From: Calditrichales bacterium
Lineage (GTDB): Bacteria > Calditrichota > Calditrichia > Calditrichales > J004
DNA: 64,000 nucleotides
Assembly: GCA_965267575.1 (NCBI GenBank)
Contig: OZ254086.1
Location: 3,392,001-3,456,000, forward strand
Reading direction: 5' to 3'
The translations under genes and the position numbers were made by a program. Numbering within the stretch: the first letter of the stretch is position 1; each line of letters opens with the position of its first letter. The notes below the pieces were generated by a model. That model was not told the origin of the DNA and searched no databases. It worked only from the letters and a program-made list of their open reading frames with translations. Below are positions 55,793 to 64,000 of the stretch, one piece after another.

Positions 55793-56883
55793 AGATTATT
55801 AATGTTGTAGGCGCCAGGCCGAATTTTATGAAGATTGCACCCATCCAGCGTGTCATGGATGCCGAACCCAGTATCGAGACCGTGCTTGTACACACCGGCC
55901 AGCACTACGATGAACGCATGTCCAAGCTGTTTTTTGACGATCTTAAAATGCCCAAGCCCGATGTCTATTTAAACGTGGGATCGGCCAGCCATGCCGTGCA
56001 AACGGCGCGGGTTATGGAAGAGTTTGAAAAAGTGTGTCTGGAACACAAACCGGACCTGGTGGTGGTGGTCGGCGATGTGAATTCCACTGCTGCCTGCAGT
56101 ATTACAGCCAAAAAACTGCATATAAATGTTGCCCATGTGGAAGCCGGGCTGCGCAGCAACGACAGGCGCATGCCTGAGGAGATAAATCGCCTGTTGACCG
56201 ATTGTATTTCCGATATGCTGTTTGTTACAGAGCAAAGCGGGATTGATAACCTCAAGCGCGAGGGCATTCCCGACAGCAAAGTACATTTTGTCGGCAATGT
56301 TATGATTGATTCCCTTGTCTATTTCATGGAAAAGGCAAAGGGTTCTAAAATACTGGATACGCTTGATCTGGATGGAAAACCATATGGCTTGATTACGCTG
56401 CACCGGCCCAGCAACGTGGATAATGTTGAGATTTTTACCCGGCTGCTCGATGCTTTTGCCGAAATTGAAAAAGATATCAACCTGGTATTTCCCATTCATC
56501 CCCGTTCGCGCAAAATGATCGCGAATTTTGGACTTGAATCAAAAGTAAAAAATCTGCAAAATCTATCTCTTCTGGAGCCCTTGGGCTATCTGGATTTTAT
56601 GAAGCTGATGCATAACGCCAAAATCATCCTGACAGATTCCGGCGGCATCCAGGAAGAGACGACCTATCTCGGAATACCTTGTCTGACCCTGCGCGAGAAT
56701 ACGGAAAGACCGGTGACGGTTGATGTGGGCACAAATCTTCTGGTAGGCAATGACACGGATTTGCTTATCAGTGAATCGCGTAAAATTCTTAAGGGAACCT
56801 GGAAAAAGGGCAGGGTGCCGGAGCTTTGGGACGGACACACCGCAGAACGTATTGTGGATATAATTAAGAAGGAGATGGCTTGA
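55789..56883 (+). CDS. wecB: UDP-N-acetylglucosamine 2-epimerase (non-hydrolysing)
   Basis: VGARPNFMK, HTGQHYD, GDVNST, HVEAGLRS, PEEINR, TDSGGIQEE, RENTERP. Confidence 0.94.
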   Translation: MKIINVVGARPNFMKIAPIQRVMDAEPSIETVLVHTGQHYDERMSKLFFDDLKMPKPDVYLNVGSASHAVQTARVMEEFEKVCLEHKPDLVVVVGDVNSTAACSITAKKLHINVAHVEAGLRSNDRRMPEEINRLLTDCISDMLFVTEQSGIDNLKREGIPDSKVHFVGNVMIDSLVYFMEKAKGSKILDTLDLDGKPYGLITLHRPSNVDNVEIFTRLLDAFAEIEKDINLVFPIHPRSRKMIANFGLESKVKNLQNLSLLEPLGYLDFMKLMHNAKIILTDSGGIQEETTYLGIPCLTLRENTERPVTVDVGTNLLVGNDTDLLISESRKILKGTWKKGRVPELWDGHTAERIVDIIKKEMA

Positions 56884-58121
56884 AACGCCTCATTCTGTTA
56901 TTAGCTGTTTTTTTTAGCACCGCTTTGTTTGCACAGGAAGAATCTACCGTTCCACTTCTTGATGTACGCAGCAAAAAATATGAACAATCGCTGGAACGGT
57001 TTTATCAGACGCGTTCTGTTTTGCGTAATACCGTGCCACAGGTAATGGAAGCCGAATTGGAGGCACAAAATTATCGTGTTGGGCCGGGGGATTTCTTTAA
57101 GGTTTCTGTGTTCGGTGAACTGGAAAACGAGTATGAGTTTCAAATTCTGCCGGAGGGGACAGTGTTGGTGCCTACGGTAGGAGAAATACACGTTTCTGGT
57201 TTGACGCTGAAAGAGGCCAAGCAGAAGATACTGGATGAAGTAAAAAAGAACTATATCCGCGCAGATATTCGTGTGAATCTTACCGGATTGCGCAAGTTCA
57301 GGGTTTATTTTACGGGTGAGGTTAAGGCACCCGGAACATATTTTGCCCAGGGTTCGGACCGCCTGAGTGACATCGTTGAAGTTTCGGTAGTACCGGCCCA
57401 AACAGAAGAAGAAGTGACTTCAAGCCTCAACGACTGGGCTGATGACACGCGTATTGAGATTGAGCATATCGACGGTACAAAAAACGTTTACGACCTGACA
57501 CGCTTTTACAGGCTGGGTGACAAGTCTCAAAATCCAAATCTCCGCGGCGGCGATATTATTTATGTACCCTCTATCGATCTTACAGATTCTTATGTGGTTA
57601 TTGAAGGAAATATAGGTTTCCAAGGTATTTATCCGCTGAAGGATAATGAAAACTTATTCGAGTTCCTGACGCGTGTGGGTGCGTTAAGTAAAAAGTCGAA
57701 CCTCGAAAATATCGTTGTTGAGCGTAAGAAGCAGGAAATCGAGCTGGATCTTCTTAATGATAAAGAGGTCCGCAATTTTACCCTGCAAAGTGAGGACAAA
57801 GTAATAATTCCAACGATTTATGAACGGGTTTATGTTAGGGGAGAAGTTTTCAGACCTGGTGCGTTTCCCTATCGGGCAAACTATACGGCGAAAGATTATA
57901 TCGGCGAAGCCGGCGCATTAGATACAGCAGATGACATAAAAGACGTGATGGTCGTACGCCGGTCCACAGGTGAGGTTATTATGGGACCGGACACAATCGT
58001 TGAAAAGGGTGATACCATCATATTGCCCAAGCGCCCCCGTGAGGTCTTCAAGGATTACATAACAATCCTGGCCCCGGTCATTTCATTATTCATCGCAACT
58101 TTAGCATTGGTACAGAGATAG
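56880..58121 (+). CDS. Polysaccharide export protein with Poly_export and SLBB domains (Wza/KpsD-like)
   Basis: Signal peptide; YRVGPGD, G.VLVPTVG, repeated V.GEV..PG.Y and GDIIYVP/GDTIILP; C-terminal hydrophobic helix. Confidence 0.85.
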   Translation: MKRLILLLAVFFSTALFAQEESTVPLLDVRSKKYEQSLERFYQTRSVLRNTVPQVMEAELEAQNYRVGPGDFFKVSVFGELENEYEFQILPEGTVLVPTVGEIHVSGLTLKEAKQKILDEVKKNYIRADIRVNLTGLRKFRVYFTGEVKAPGTYFAQGSDRLSDIVEVSVVPAQTEEEVTSSLNDWADDTRIEIEHIDGTKNVYDLTRFYRLGDKSQNPNLRGGDIIYVPSIDLTDSYVVIEGNIGFQGIYPLKDNENLFEFLTRVGALSKKSNLENIVVERKKQEIELDLLNDKEVRNFTLQSEDKVIIPTIYERVYVRGEVFRPGAFPYRANYTAKDYIGEAGALDTADDIKDVMVVRRSTGEVIMGPDTIVEKGDTIILPKRPREVFKDYITILAPVISLFIATLALVQR

Positions 58122-58123
58122 GT

Positions 58124-59320
58124 ATGGAAAAAGAAAAAAATATTATAGATGTTTTTCACACTTTGCTTAAGCATAGATTATTTATAGTCAAATATTTTAT
58201 TATAGTTGTATTTTTAGCACTAATTATTAGTCTAGTCTGGCCTAAGACTTACAAAAGCACAGTCAGGTTTTTACCACCCCCTACCGAAAAGCTTTCTTTT
58301 GGCGGATTATTAAATTCCATTATACAAACTGGACCGAGTACATCAAAGCTTTCTTCAGAGGCAATGCTGGTTATTTTGCGTAGCAGGGCTTTAAAAGAAA
58401 GGGCGATAGAAAAATTCGATTTAGATAGCGTATATAGTATAGATATACATGAATACGTTTTATTAGAACTCAATAAAAATATGTTAATTGAAGAAATTAG
58501 AGAGGGTGGATTTGGGTTTAATCCGGTTGTTGCAGTTGAACTTTCTTTCACGGATGAGGAGCCTTGGAGAGCAAAGGAACTGGCTAGTTTTTATTCACAT
58601 AATCTAGACTCGCTACTCAGAAAGCTAAATTTTGAACGACTTTACAAAAGTTATATCAGTCTTAGAGATCGCTATAATCAAAATCTTGTTGATCTTAAGA
58701 ATGCTGAAGATTCATTAGCAATTTTTCAAAAAAAATATGGTATTTACGAAGTTGACACTCAACTTGAAGAGATGGTTTCAAAGATTGCTGATATTAAACA
58801 ACAAATAATTTTGTTGGAAGTCGAGATCGAAGTGTTAAATCAGATTTTAGCGGCGAATTCTGCACAGCTAAATAAATTAAGAGAAGAAAAATCTAGCTTA
58901 GATTCTATATATCAAAGTATGCTTACTTCAGAAAAGCAAATTAACTATAGTGAGCTTTTTAAGCCTTTAAATATTATGCCAGAATTAGCAAAGAATTATG
59001 CGCGACTTTATCGCAATGTCGAAATACAAAATAAGATATTAGAATTTATATATCCACAATATGAGCAGCTTAAATTACAAGTTGAATCTGATCCATTAGG
59101 TATCCAAATAGTTGATAACGCTCAAATCCCAACATATAAAGACAAACCTAAAAGATTGTATATTGTGTTATCTGGCGTATTATTTGCAATATTTTCTGGA
59201 TTACTAATAATCTTTATCAGAGAATACTATTCAACTCTTAAAGAAACAGATATTGAAGAATACGAAAAAATCAGAGAAATATTTAATACATTAAAGTTAC
59301 GAAAGTTTTTTAAGGGCTAA
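58124..59320 (+). CDS. Polysaccharide co-polymerase / chain-length determinant (Wzz/GumC-like, no kinase domain)
   Basis: N-terminal TM then PKTYKS, ILRSR, long coiled coil, IVDNAQIP..KPKR then C-terminal TM. Confidence 0.85.
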   Translation: MEKEKNIIDVFHTLLKHRLFIVKYFIIVVFLALIISLVWPKTYKSTVRFLPPPTEKLSFGGLLNSIIQTGPSTSKLSSEAMLVILRSRALKERAIEKFDLDSVYSIDIHEYVLLELNKNMLIEEIREGGFGFNPVVAVELSFTDEEPWRAKELASFYSHNLDSLLRKLNFERLYKSYISLRDRYNQNLVDLKNAEDSLAIFQKKYGIYEVDTQLEEMVSKIADIKQQIILLEVEIEVLNQILAANSAQLNKLREEKSSLDSIYQSMLTSEKQINYSELFKPLNIMPELAKNYARLYRNVEIQNKILEFIYPQYEQLKLQVESDPLGIQIVDNAQIPTYKDKPKRLYIVLSGVLFAIFSGLLIIFIREYYSTLKETDIEEYEKIREIFNTLKLRKFFKG

Positions 59321-59321
59321 A

Positions 59322-60641
59322 TTGGAAGTTTTATTTGGTGGCTTCGTTGTTCTTATCATTATCGTTCTGTTCTTGCATTTTTTTTTGAAAAGCATACTAG
59401 AACCTTCTTATGTCATCCTAATATTAAGTCTAGGCTCTTATGCAGGGTATTTAGGAAGAATTGCTTTAAGTACTGAAATTCAGGTTTCTCTTTTTCAAGT
59501 TTTTCTAATTTTTTCTATAGTCGTTCTCGTTCTGTATAAGATTACTAATAATAATCTTATGCTCAAAACATCTGGACTAGAATTAGAATTTTTATTGTTT
59601 TTTTCCATTATATTCCTGTCATTAATTTATTCTCCTAGTACTGAAAATGGGTTTATATATTCGCTAAGGGTTTTTGCTTTAGTAGTTATGGTATTTGTTG
59701 TAATCAATACCGTAAATAAAGTAAGTCATATAAGAAATATACTAATTGCAATAACTGTTTTTGGAATCGTGCTCGCCGTTTTTTCTATTAATGAAGGATT
59801 CAAAACAGAGAATCTAGTGACCAATTTGTTAACTATGGGTAAAAAGTTAAGGGGCAGATCTTCGATAAATGTTGAAGATCCAAATATATTTGCTAGCCAT
59901 TTTTTTATGCCGATAATGTTCTCATTATCCTTATTAGTGAGTAAACACTCAAAATTAGTGGTTAAAATAACTAGTGGGCTTATAGTTATTATACTTTTAA
60001 GTGGGTTAGCTGCGACTTTATCAAGGAGCGCCTGGCTATCAGCGGGTATTGGTATATTATTTGTAACTATATTCAATAAGGAATACAGAATTTATATTTT
60101 TTTATTTATTGCTTTATTAATTGTTTTAGTTTTAAGCCCAAGTGCTAGATTAATAGTGGAAAACATTTTGCAGCGCGTAGGAGATATCTTTGCTGGGACC
60201 TCAGACGACTCGAGCCGAACAAGAATGTTGCTGCTTCTGGCTGGTATTAAAATGGGATTTGAGTCAATATTGATTGGTGTTGGTTTTAGAGGATTCCCCG
60301 CTAATTTTAACGAATATTATTCAACATTTGAAACAATTGGAGTAAATGAACCGCATAATATTTTATATACGTTATTTGCCGAGCTAGGTATTGTAGGGCT
60401 TTTAGTTTATTTAATGATAATATATAAAATTGCATATGCTGGGCGTGTAAATTTATTGCAGAGTAAAACGAAAGTTGATAATATCATAAATGGTTCCTTG
60501 TTGGCTTCTTTTATCAGTTATTTTGTTTTTTACCAATTTTATGGAGGTGGGCTTACTGACAATAACTTTTGGCTTATAGTAAGTTTTATTTTAAGTGTCC
60601 GTTTGATATATATAAAAAGTACGAATAATGAATACAAATAA
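59322..60641 (+). CDS. O-antigen ligase/polymerase family membrane protein (Wzy_C)
   Basis: Multi-TM; DPNIFA, TLSRSAW, GVGF, EPHNILYTLFAELGIVG. Confidence 0.85.
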   Translation: MEVLFGGFVVLIIIVLFLHFFLKSILEPSYVILILSLGSYAGYLGRIALSTEIQVSLFQVFLIFSIVVLVLYKITNNNLMLKTSGLELEFLLFFSIIFLSLIYSPSTENGFIYSLRVFALVVMVFVVINTVNKVSHIRNILIAITVFGIVLAVFSINEGFKTENLVTNLLTMGKKLRGRSSINVEDPNIFASHFFMPIMFSLSLLVSKHSKLVVKITSGLIVIILLSGLAATLSRSAWLSAGIGILFVTIFNKEYRIYIFLFIALLIVLVLSPSARLIVENILQRVGDIFAGTSDDSSRTRMLLLLAGIKMGFESILIGVGFRGFPANFNEYYSTFETIGVNEPHNILYTLFAELGIVGLLVYLMIIYKIAYAGRVNLLQSKTKVDNIINGSLLASFISYFVFYQFYGGGLTDNNFWLIVSFILSVRLIYIKSTNNEYK

Positions 60642-62055
60642 GCGGATCTTAGGACTAATTACAAGTTCAATTTTAAAAAACATTTATGGAGTTTTAAGAG
60701 GCAAATCGGTAGCTGTTTTACTTGATTCAAATGCGTTGGGCATTTTGGGGCAAGCAATTACTTACTTTAGTACTTTTACAAAATTCGGCTCATTGGGTAT
60801 TGATGCAGCTTTGATTAGCGTTGTAAGCAACCAGAAACAGCGGACAAAACAACTCACCACGATTGTTCTGCTCTTTATAATTTTAATCAATATAGCTTCT
60901 TTTATTATTACTTTTTCGATTTTGGATTTAATAAATAGCTATGTTCTTGATAAACAGGTCTTACCTATTTTTATATTTGTACTAATTATTTCGAGTTCTT
61001 TTTCAGCAATTTGCACAGTATTAGAGTCTATTTATCAAGCAAATAACAGACTAGATATTATTATAAAAATCCAAAATCTTCGAAGTATTTTGTCTATCGT
61101 TTTTATATTTCCTTTGATTTATTATTTTGGTGTAAATGGAATTGTATATTCTATATTTTTATTTATTCTAATTAGTTTTTTAGGATATATTTTTTTTTTA
61201 TCACCATATGTTACTTTTAAAGATGACTTTTCTAATGTAGTTACCTATAAACCGATATTAAAAATGGTAATTTCCGTTGCCTCTGCAGACTTTTTGAGAA
61301 AACTGATAGTTTTGTTTTCTTTATTATTTTTGAGGACACAAATTGTTCACAATCTTGGGATGTCTAGTAATGGAGAATTTCAAATTGTTTGGTCTTTAGC
61401 TACATATCCGGATGTATTAATTTCCGCATTTATTATATATTTTTTTCCTGCTGCAGCATCAAAAAGAAATAAAAAGAATTATTTTGAATTTATTAATAAT
61501 AATTTTCTAACGCTTCTATTAATTGTTTTGCCCGTTTTTTTTGTACTAGTATTGTTTCCAGATGTTATAATTTTTTTGTTTTTTTCATTTTCATATACGC
61601 ATTTAATGGAAGAACTCAATTTTTTTTTGATACTCAAATTATTTGAAGTGATTTATAATTATTTTCTAATTATTTTATTAGCCAATTCTAGACTAAAGTT
61701 CTTTGTCCAAGCTGAAATACTCAAATATTCACTTTTACTTTCTTCGTTTATTCTTCTCCATGAATACTTTGGGTTTTATTCAATATTAGCAGCTTTTGCT
61801 ATATCAAATATTGTTTCAGTAATATTTGTTATTTATGCGATTAATAAATGCTTTTATGATGTCATTAAAATAAATACAATCAAGACATTCCTAAAATATT
61901 TAATATTGATTTTCATGCTTGCATTGCCGGTACAGACATTTGGCTATTTATGGTTGATAAAAATACTTTTTGGCATATTATTTTTTACATTACTTTTTGA
62001 TGTTAACTTGATAAAAGAAAAGTATAAATCAGCCTATAGATCAATATTTAAATAA
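60628..62055 (+). CDS. Oligosaccharide flippase (Wzx-like)
   Basis: About 12-14 TM, 475 aa; RGKSVAVLL..LGILGQ..GSLGI; context within a polysaccharide locus. Confidence 0.75.
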   Translation: MNTNKRILGLITSSILKNIYGVLRGKSVAVLLDSNALGILGQAITYFSTFTKFGSLGIDAALISVVSNQKQRTKQLTTIVLLFIILINIASFIITFSILDLINSYVLDKQVLPIFIFVLIISSSFSAICTVLESIYQANNRLDIIIKIQNLRSILSIVFIFPLIYYFGVNGIVYSIFLFILISFLGYIFFLSPYVTFKDDFSNVVTYKPILKMVISVASADFLRKLIVLFSLLFLRTQIVHNLGMSSNGEFQIVWSLATYPDVLISAFIIYFFPAAASKRNKKNYFEFINNNFLTLLLIVLPVFFVLVLFPDVIIFLFFSFSYTHLMEELNFFLILKLFEVIYNYFLIILLANSRLKFFVQAEILKYSLLLSSFILLHEYFGFYSILAAFAISNIVSVIFVIYAINKCFYDVIKINTIKTFLKYLILIFMLALPVQTFGYLWLIKILFGILFFTLLFDVNLIKEKYKSAYRSIFK

Positions 62056-62067
62056 TAAGATTTAATA

Positions 62068-63249
62068 ATGAATATTTTAGTAGTTTCACATTTGTTCCCA
62101 TCTAAATATCGCCCAAATTCAGGCACTTTTGTATATCAACAGGTAAAGGCATTAATTGATGAAGGTCATAGTGTGACTGTTATTTGTCCTGTTCCATATA
62201 TGCCTACGTTATTTAAAACTAAAATCGAAAGGTGGAGGCAAATTCAGAGTCTTCCTAAGGAAGAGTATAGTAACGATGTAAAAGTGATTTATGTTAAAAC
62301 GTTAGTCGTCCCCCGAGTTTTAGATAGTATTAGGGGTTGGCTTTTTTATGTTAGACTTCGATTTAAAAAAATAGAAATAGATTTTAATAATTTTGATTTA
62401 ATCCATGCTCATATGGTTCTTACGAGTGCTGACCTGGCTACATTTCTTAAGAAGCTTTATGGGAAGCCACTAATTATTACGATACACGGATCCGATTTGT
62501 TTTTTTTGTGGGAAAGAAGTTTTCTTAACCGTTTTCGCATATCTGGTATATTGCGAAAGGCAAATAAAGTTATCGTTGTAAGCAAATATCTATATTCAAA
62601 ATTGAACGAGCTCATTAAGGATGAAGCTATTTTGAAAAAAACAACAGTTCTATGGAATGGTGTTAATAAATATTTAGAACCTAGCATAAATAACGATGAA
62701 AATAAAGAAATCGTTCTTATTACAATTGCTGCATTAATTAAGCTAAAAAATCATATAACTGTTTTTAAAGCCTTAAAAAAGATTGAAGGAAAGCTGAAGA
62801 GGAAATATAAATATTATTTGATAGGTGACGGTTGGGATAAAGAGCACTTAATTAAGCAAGCAGAAGCCCTAGGCATAAAACAAAGAGTTATTTTTTTTGG
62901 TGCTTTAGAGCATAAAAAGGCGATGGATGTATTGTCAGAATCTGATGTCTTTGTTATGCCCTCACTAATTGAAACTTTCGGCGTAGCATATCTTGAAGCA
63001 ATGCTTGCAGGAAAAATTACGATTGGTTCTAATGGAAGGGGGATATCGGAAATAATTAATGACGGGGTAAACGGCTTTCTAGTAGATCCAAAAGACATAG
63101 ATGCTCTGGCAGATTTGCTTTATCGTGTAATAGAAAATTACGAACAGTATTTTGAAATAAGAATAAATGCAAATAAAACGATATGGCCTCACTATAGCTG
63201 GAAAAATAATGCAGTTCGAATATTAGAAGAATACAAAAACTTAGTTTAA
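62068..63249 (+). CDS. Glycosyltransferase family 4
   Basis: FDLIHAH, TIHGSD, DVFVMPS.IETFGVAYLEAM, DGVNGFLV. Confidence 0.92.
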   Translation: MNILVVSHLFPSKYRPNSGTFVYQQVKALIDEGHSVTVICPVPYMPTLFKTKIERWRQIQSLPKEEYSNDVKVIYVKTLVVPRVLDSIRGWLFYVRLRFKKIEIDFNNFDLIHAHMVLTSADLATFLKKLYGKPLIITIHGSDLFFLWERSFLNRFRISGILRKANKVIVVSKYLYSKLNELIKDEAILKKTTVLWNGVNKYLEPSINNDENKEIVLITIAALIKLKNHITVFKALKKIEGKLKRKYKYYLIGDGWDKEHLIKQAEALGIKQRVIFFGALEHKKAMDVLSESDVFVMPSLIETFGVAYLEAMLAGKITIGSNGRGISEIINDGVNGFLVDPKDIDALADLLYRVIENYEQYFEIRINANKTIWPHYSWKNNAVRILEEYKNLV

Positions 63250-63252
63250 ATT

Positions 63253-64000
63253 ATGAAAAAGGTTCTTATTTATACCACAGTTCATCCTTGGAATGATGGT
63301 AGGATTTACCATCGACAAGCACAGACTTTAAAAAACTATTATGACCTAACGCTGATTGGTGTCAAAGCCGGCAATGATTTTGCCCCTAATAACGTTAAGC
63401 TGCTGCCAGCGTGGAAAAAACTAAGCGATAGATTTAAAAACCATATCATTGTCATTAAACATTTAATAAAGCACACTTATGATGCCTACCATTTTCATGA
63501 TCCGGAATTACTTTATACTGCACCAATAATAAAAGCTTTTTATCCATTTGCTAAGGTTGTCTATGATGTACATGAAAATTATCCATTAATTATTTTAGAA
63601 AAAGAGTATATCCCCAAATTGATGCGCAAAACGATAAGCTTTCTTTTTATATGGATAGAAAAATTCTTTTTGCTGTTTGTTGATTTAGTGATTTATACTA
63701 CAGATGTAATCGGGAAAAATTATGCCTTCGGCAATTATAAAAAAACGCGAATTAATAACTTACCATCTATTAAGTTAATAGGTACTAATCCAATTTGCGC
63801 GGATACAAAAAAGGCTAAGGCTATTTTTATGGGTTATATCGCTCCTCTAAGGGGGGTAGAAAATATTTTAGCCGCAGCAAAACAAGTACATAAAATACGT
63901 AAAGACTTTAGACTTATTATTAGAGGTAAATTTTTTTCAGCTAGTTATGAACAAAGCATAAGAGAGATTATTAACAAAAATAATTTAGATGCTTTCGTTC
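63253..64000 (+). CDS. Glycosyltransferase family 4 (partial, runs off the window end)
   Basis: Manual translation from ATG 63253: MKKVLIYTTVHPWNDGRIYH..YHFHDPEL..VYDVHENYP..GYIAPLRGVE; no stop seen before the window end. Confidence 0.8.
   Translation, partial: MKKVLIYTTVHPWNDGRIYHRQAQTLKNYYDLTLIGVKAGNDFAPNNVKLLPAWKKLSDRFKNHIIVIKHLIKHTYDAYHFHDPELLYTAPIIKAFYPFAKVVYDVHENYPLIILEKEYIPKLMRKTISFLFIWIEKFFLLFVDLVIYTTDVIGKNYAFGNYKKTRINNLPSIKLIGTNPICADTKKAKAIFMGYIAPLRGVENILAAAKQVHKIRKDFRLIIRGKFFSASYEQSIREIINKNNLDAFV

Noticed and set aside
61190..61199. T10 homopolymer (and other T-runs) in the flippase as a phase-variation tract
   Set aside because: The frame is intact and such runs are expected in an AT-rich Phe/Leu/Ile-rich membrane gene; read data would be needed.
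1..64000. CRISPR arrays, tRNA/rRNA, IS elements, integrases, prophage or defence genes
   Set aside because: No regularly spaced repeats, cloverleaf-like sequence or matching protein motifs seen; intergenic hairpins differ from each other and look like terminators rather than REP elements.

Overview
A 64-kb bacterial chromosomal window in which essentially every real gene lies on the + strand. The NYPNPFNP-type C-terminal sorting tail, the FlgD-like tail and the gene content suggest an FCB-group or Calditrichota-like organism (inference). The contents, in order, are: (i) a COG2403 P-loop protein of the arginine synthetase (ArcE) type, a lamin-tail secreted protein, P5C dehydrogenase, alkaline phosphatase, a HEAT-repeat/zinc-ribbon protein and a DUF5916 outer-membrane protein; (ii) a 2361-aa secreted multidomain protein with an unexplained central region resembling a beta-pore former; (iii) an Rrf2 regulator, ALDH7, small DUF genes, a TonB receptor coupled to a glutamine amidotransferase, feoAB plus a Cys-rich gene, a GH2 glucuronidase, an M16 peptidase, a USP and a RamB/PrpR-type regulator; (iv) a nine-gene phosphorelay island followed by an ANKH/MATE-like exporter. 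The island holds an orphan solute-binding protein, 3 kinases, 4 stand-alone receivers, one NarL-type regulator and two copies of an 18-bp palindromic box; (v) carbamate kinase-sucCD-ndk; (vi) yceD-rpmF-plsX-fabHDG-acpP-fabF-rnc running directly into a surface-polysaccharide locus that turns sharply AT-rich at about 58,124. I saw no rRNA, tRNA, CRISPR array, IS element or phage gene. The best leads are an ArcE/carbamate kinase/PruA/SucCD ATP-yielding arginine route, the giant secreted protein and the signalling island. All family calls come from motif recognition, not database searches.
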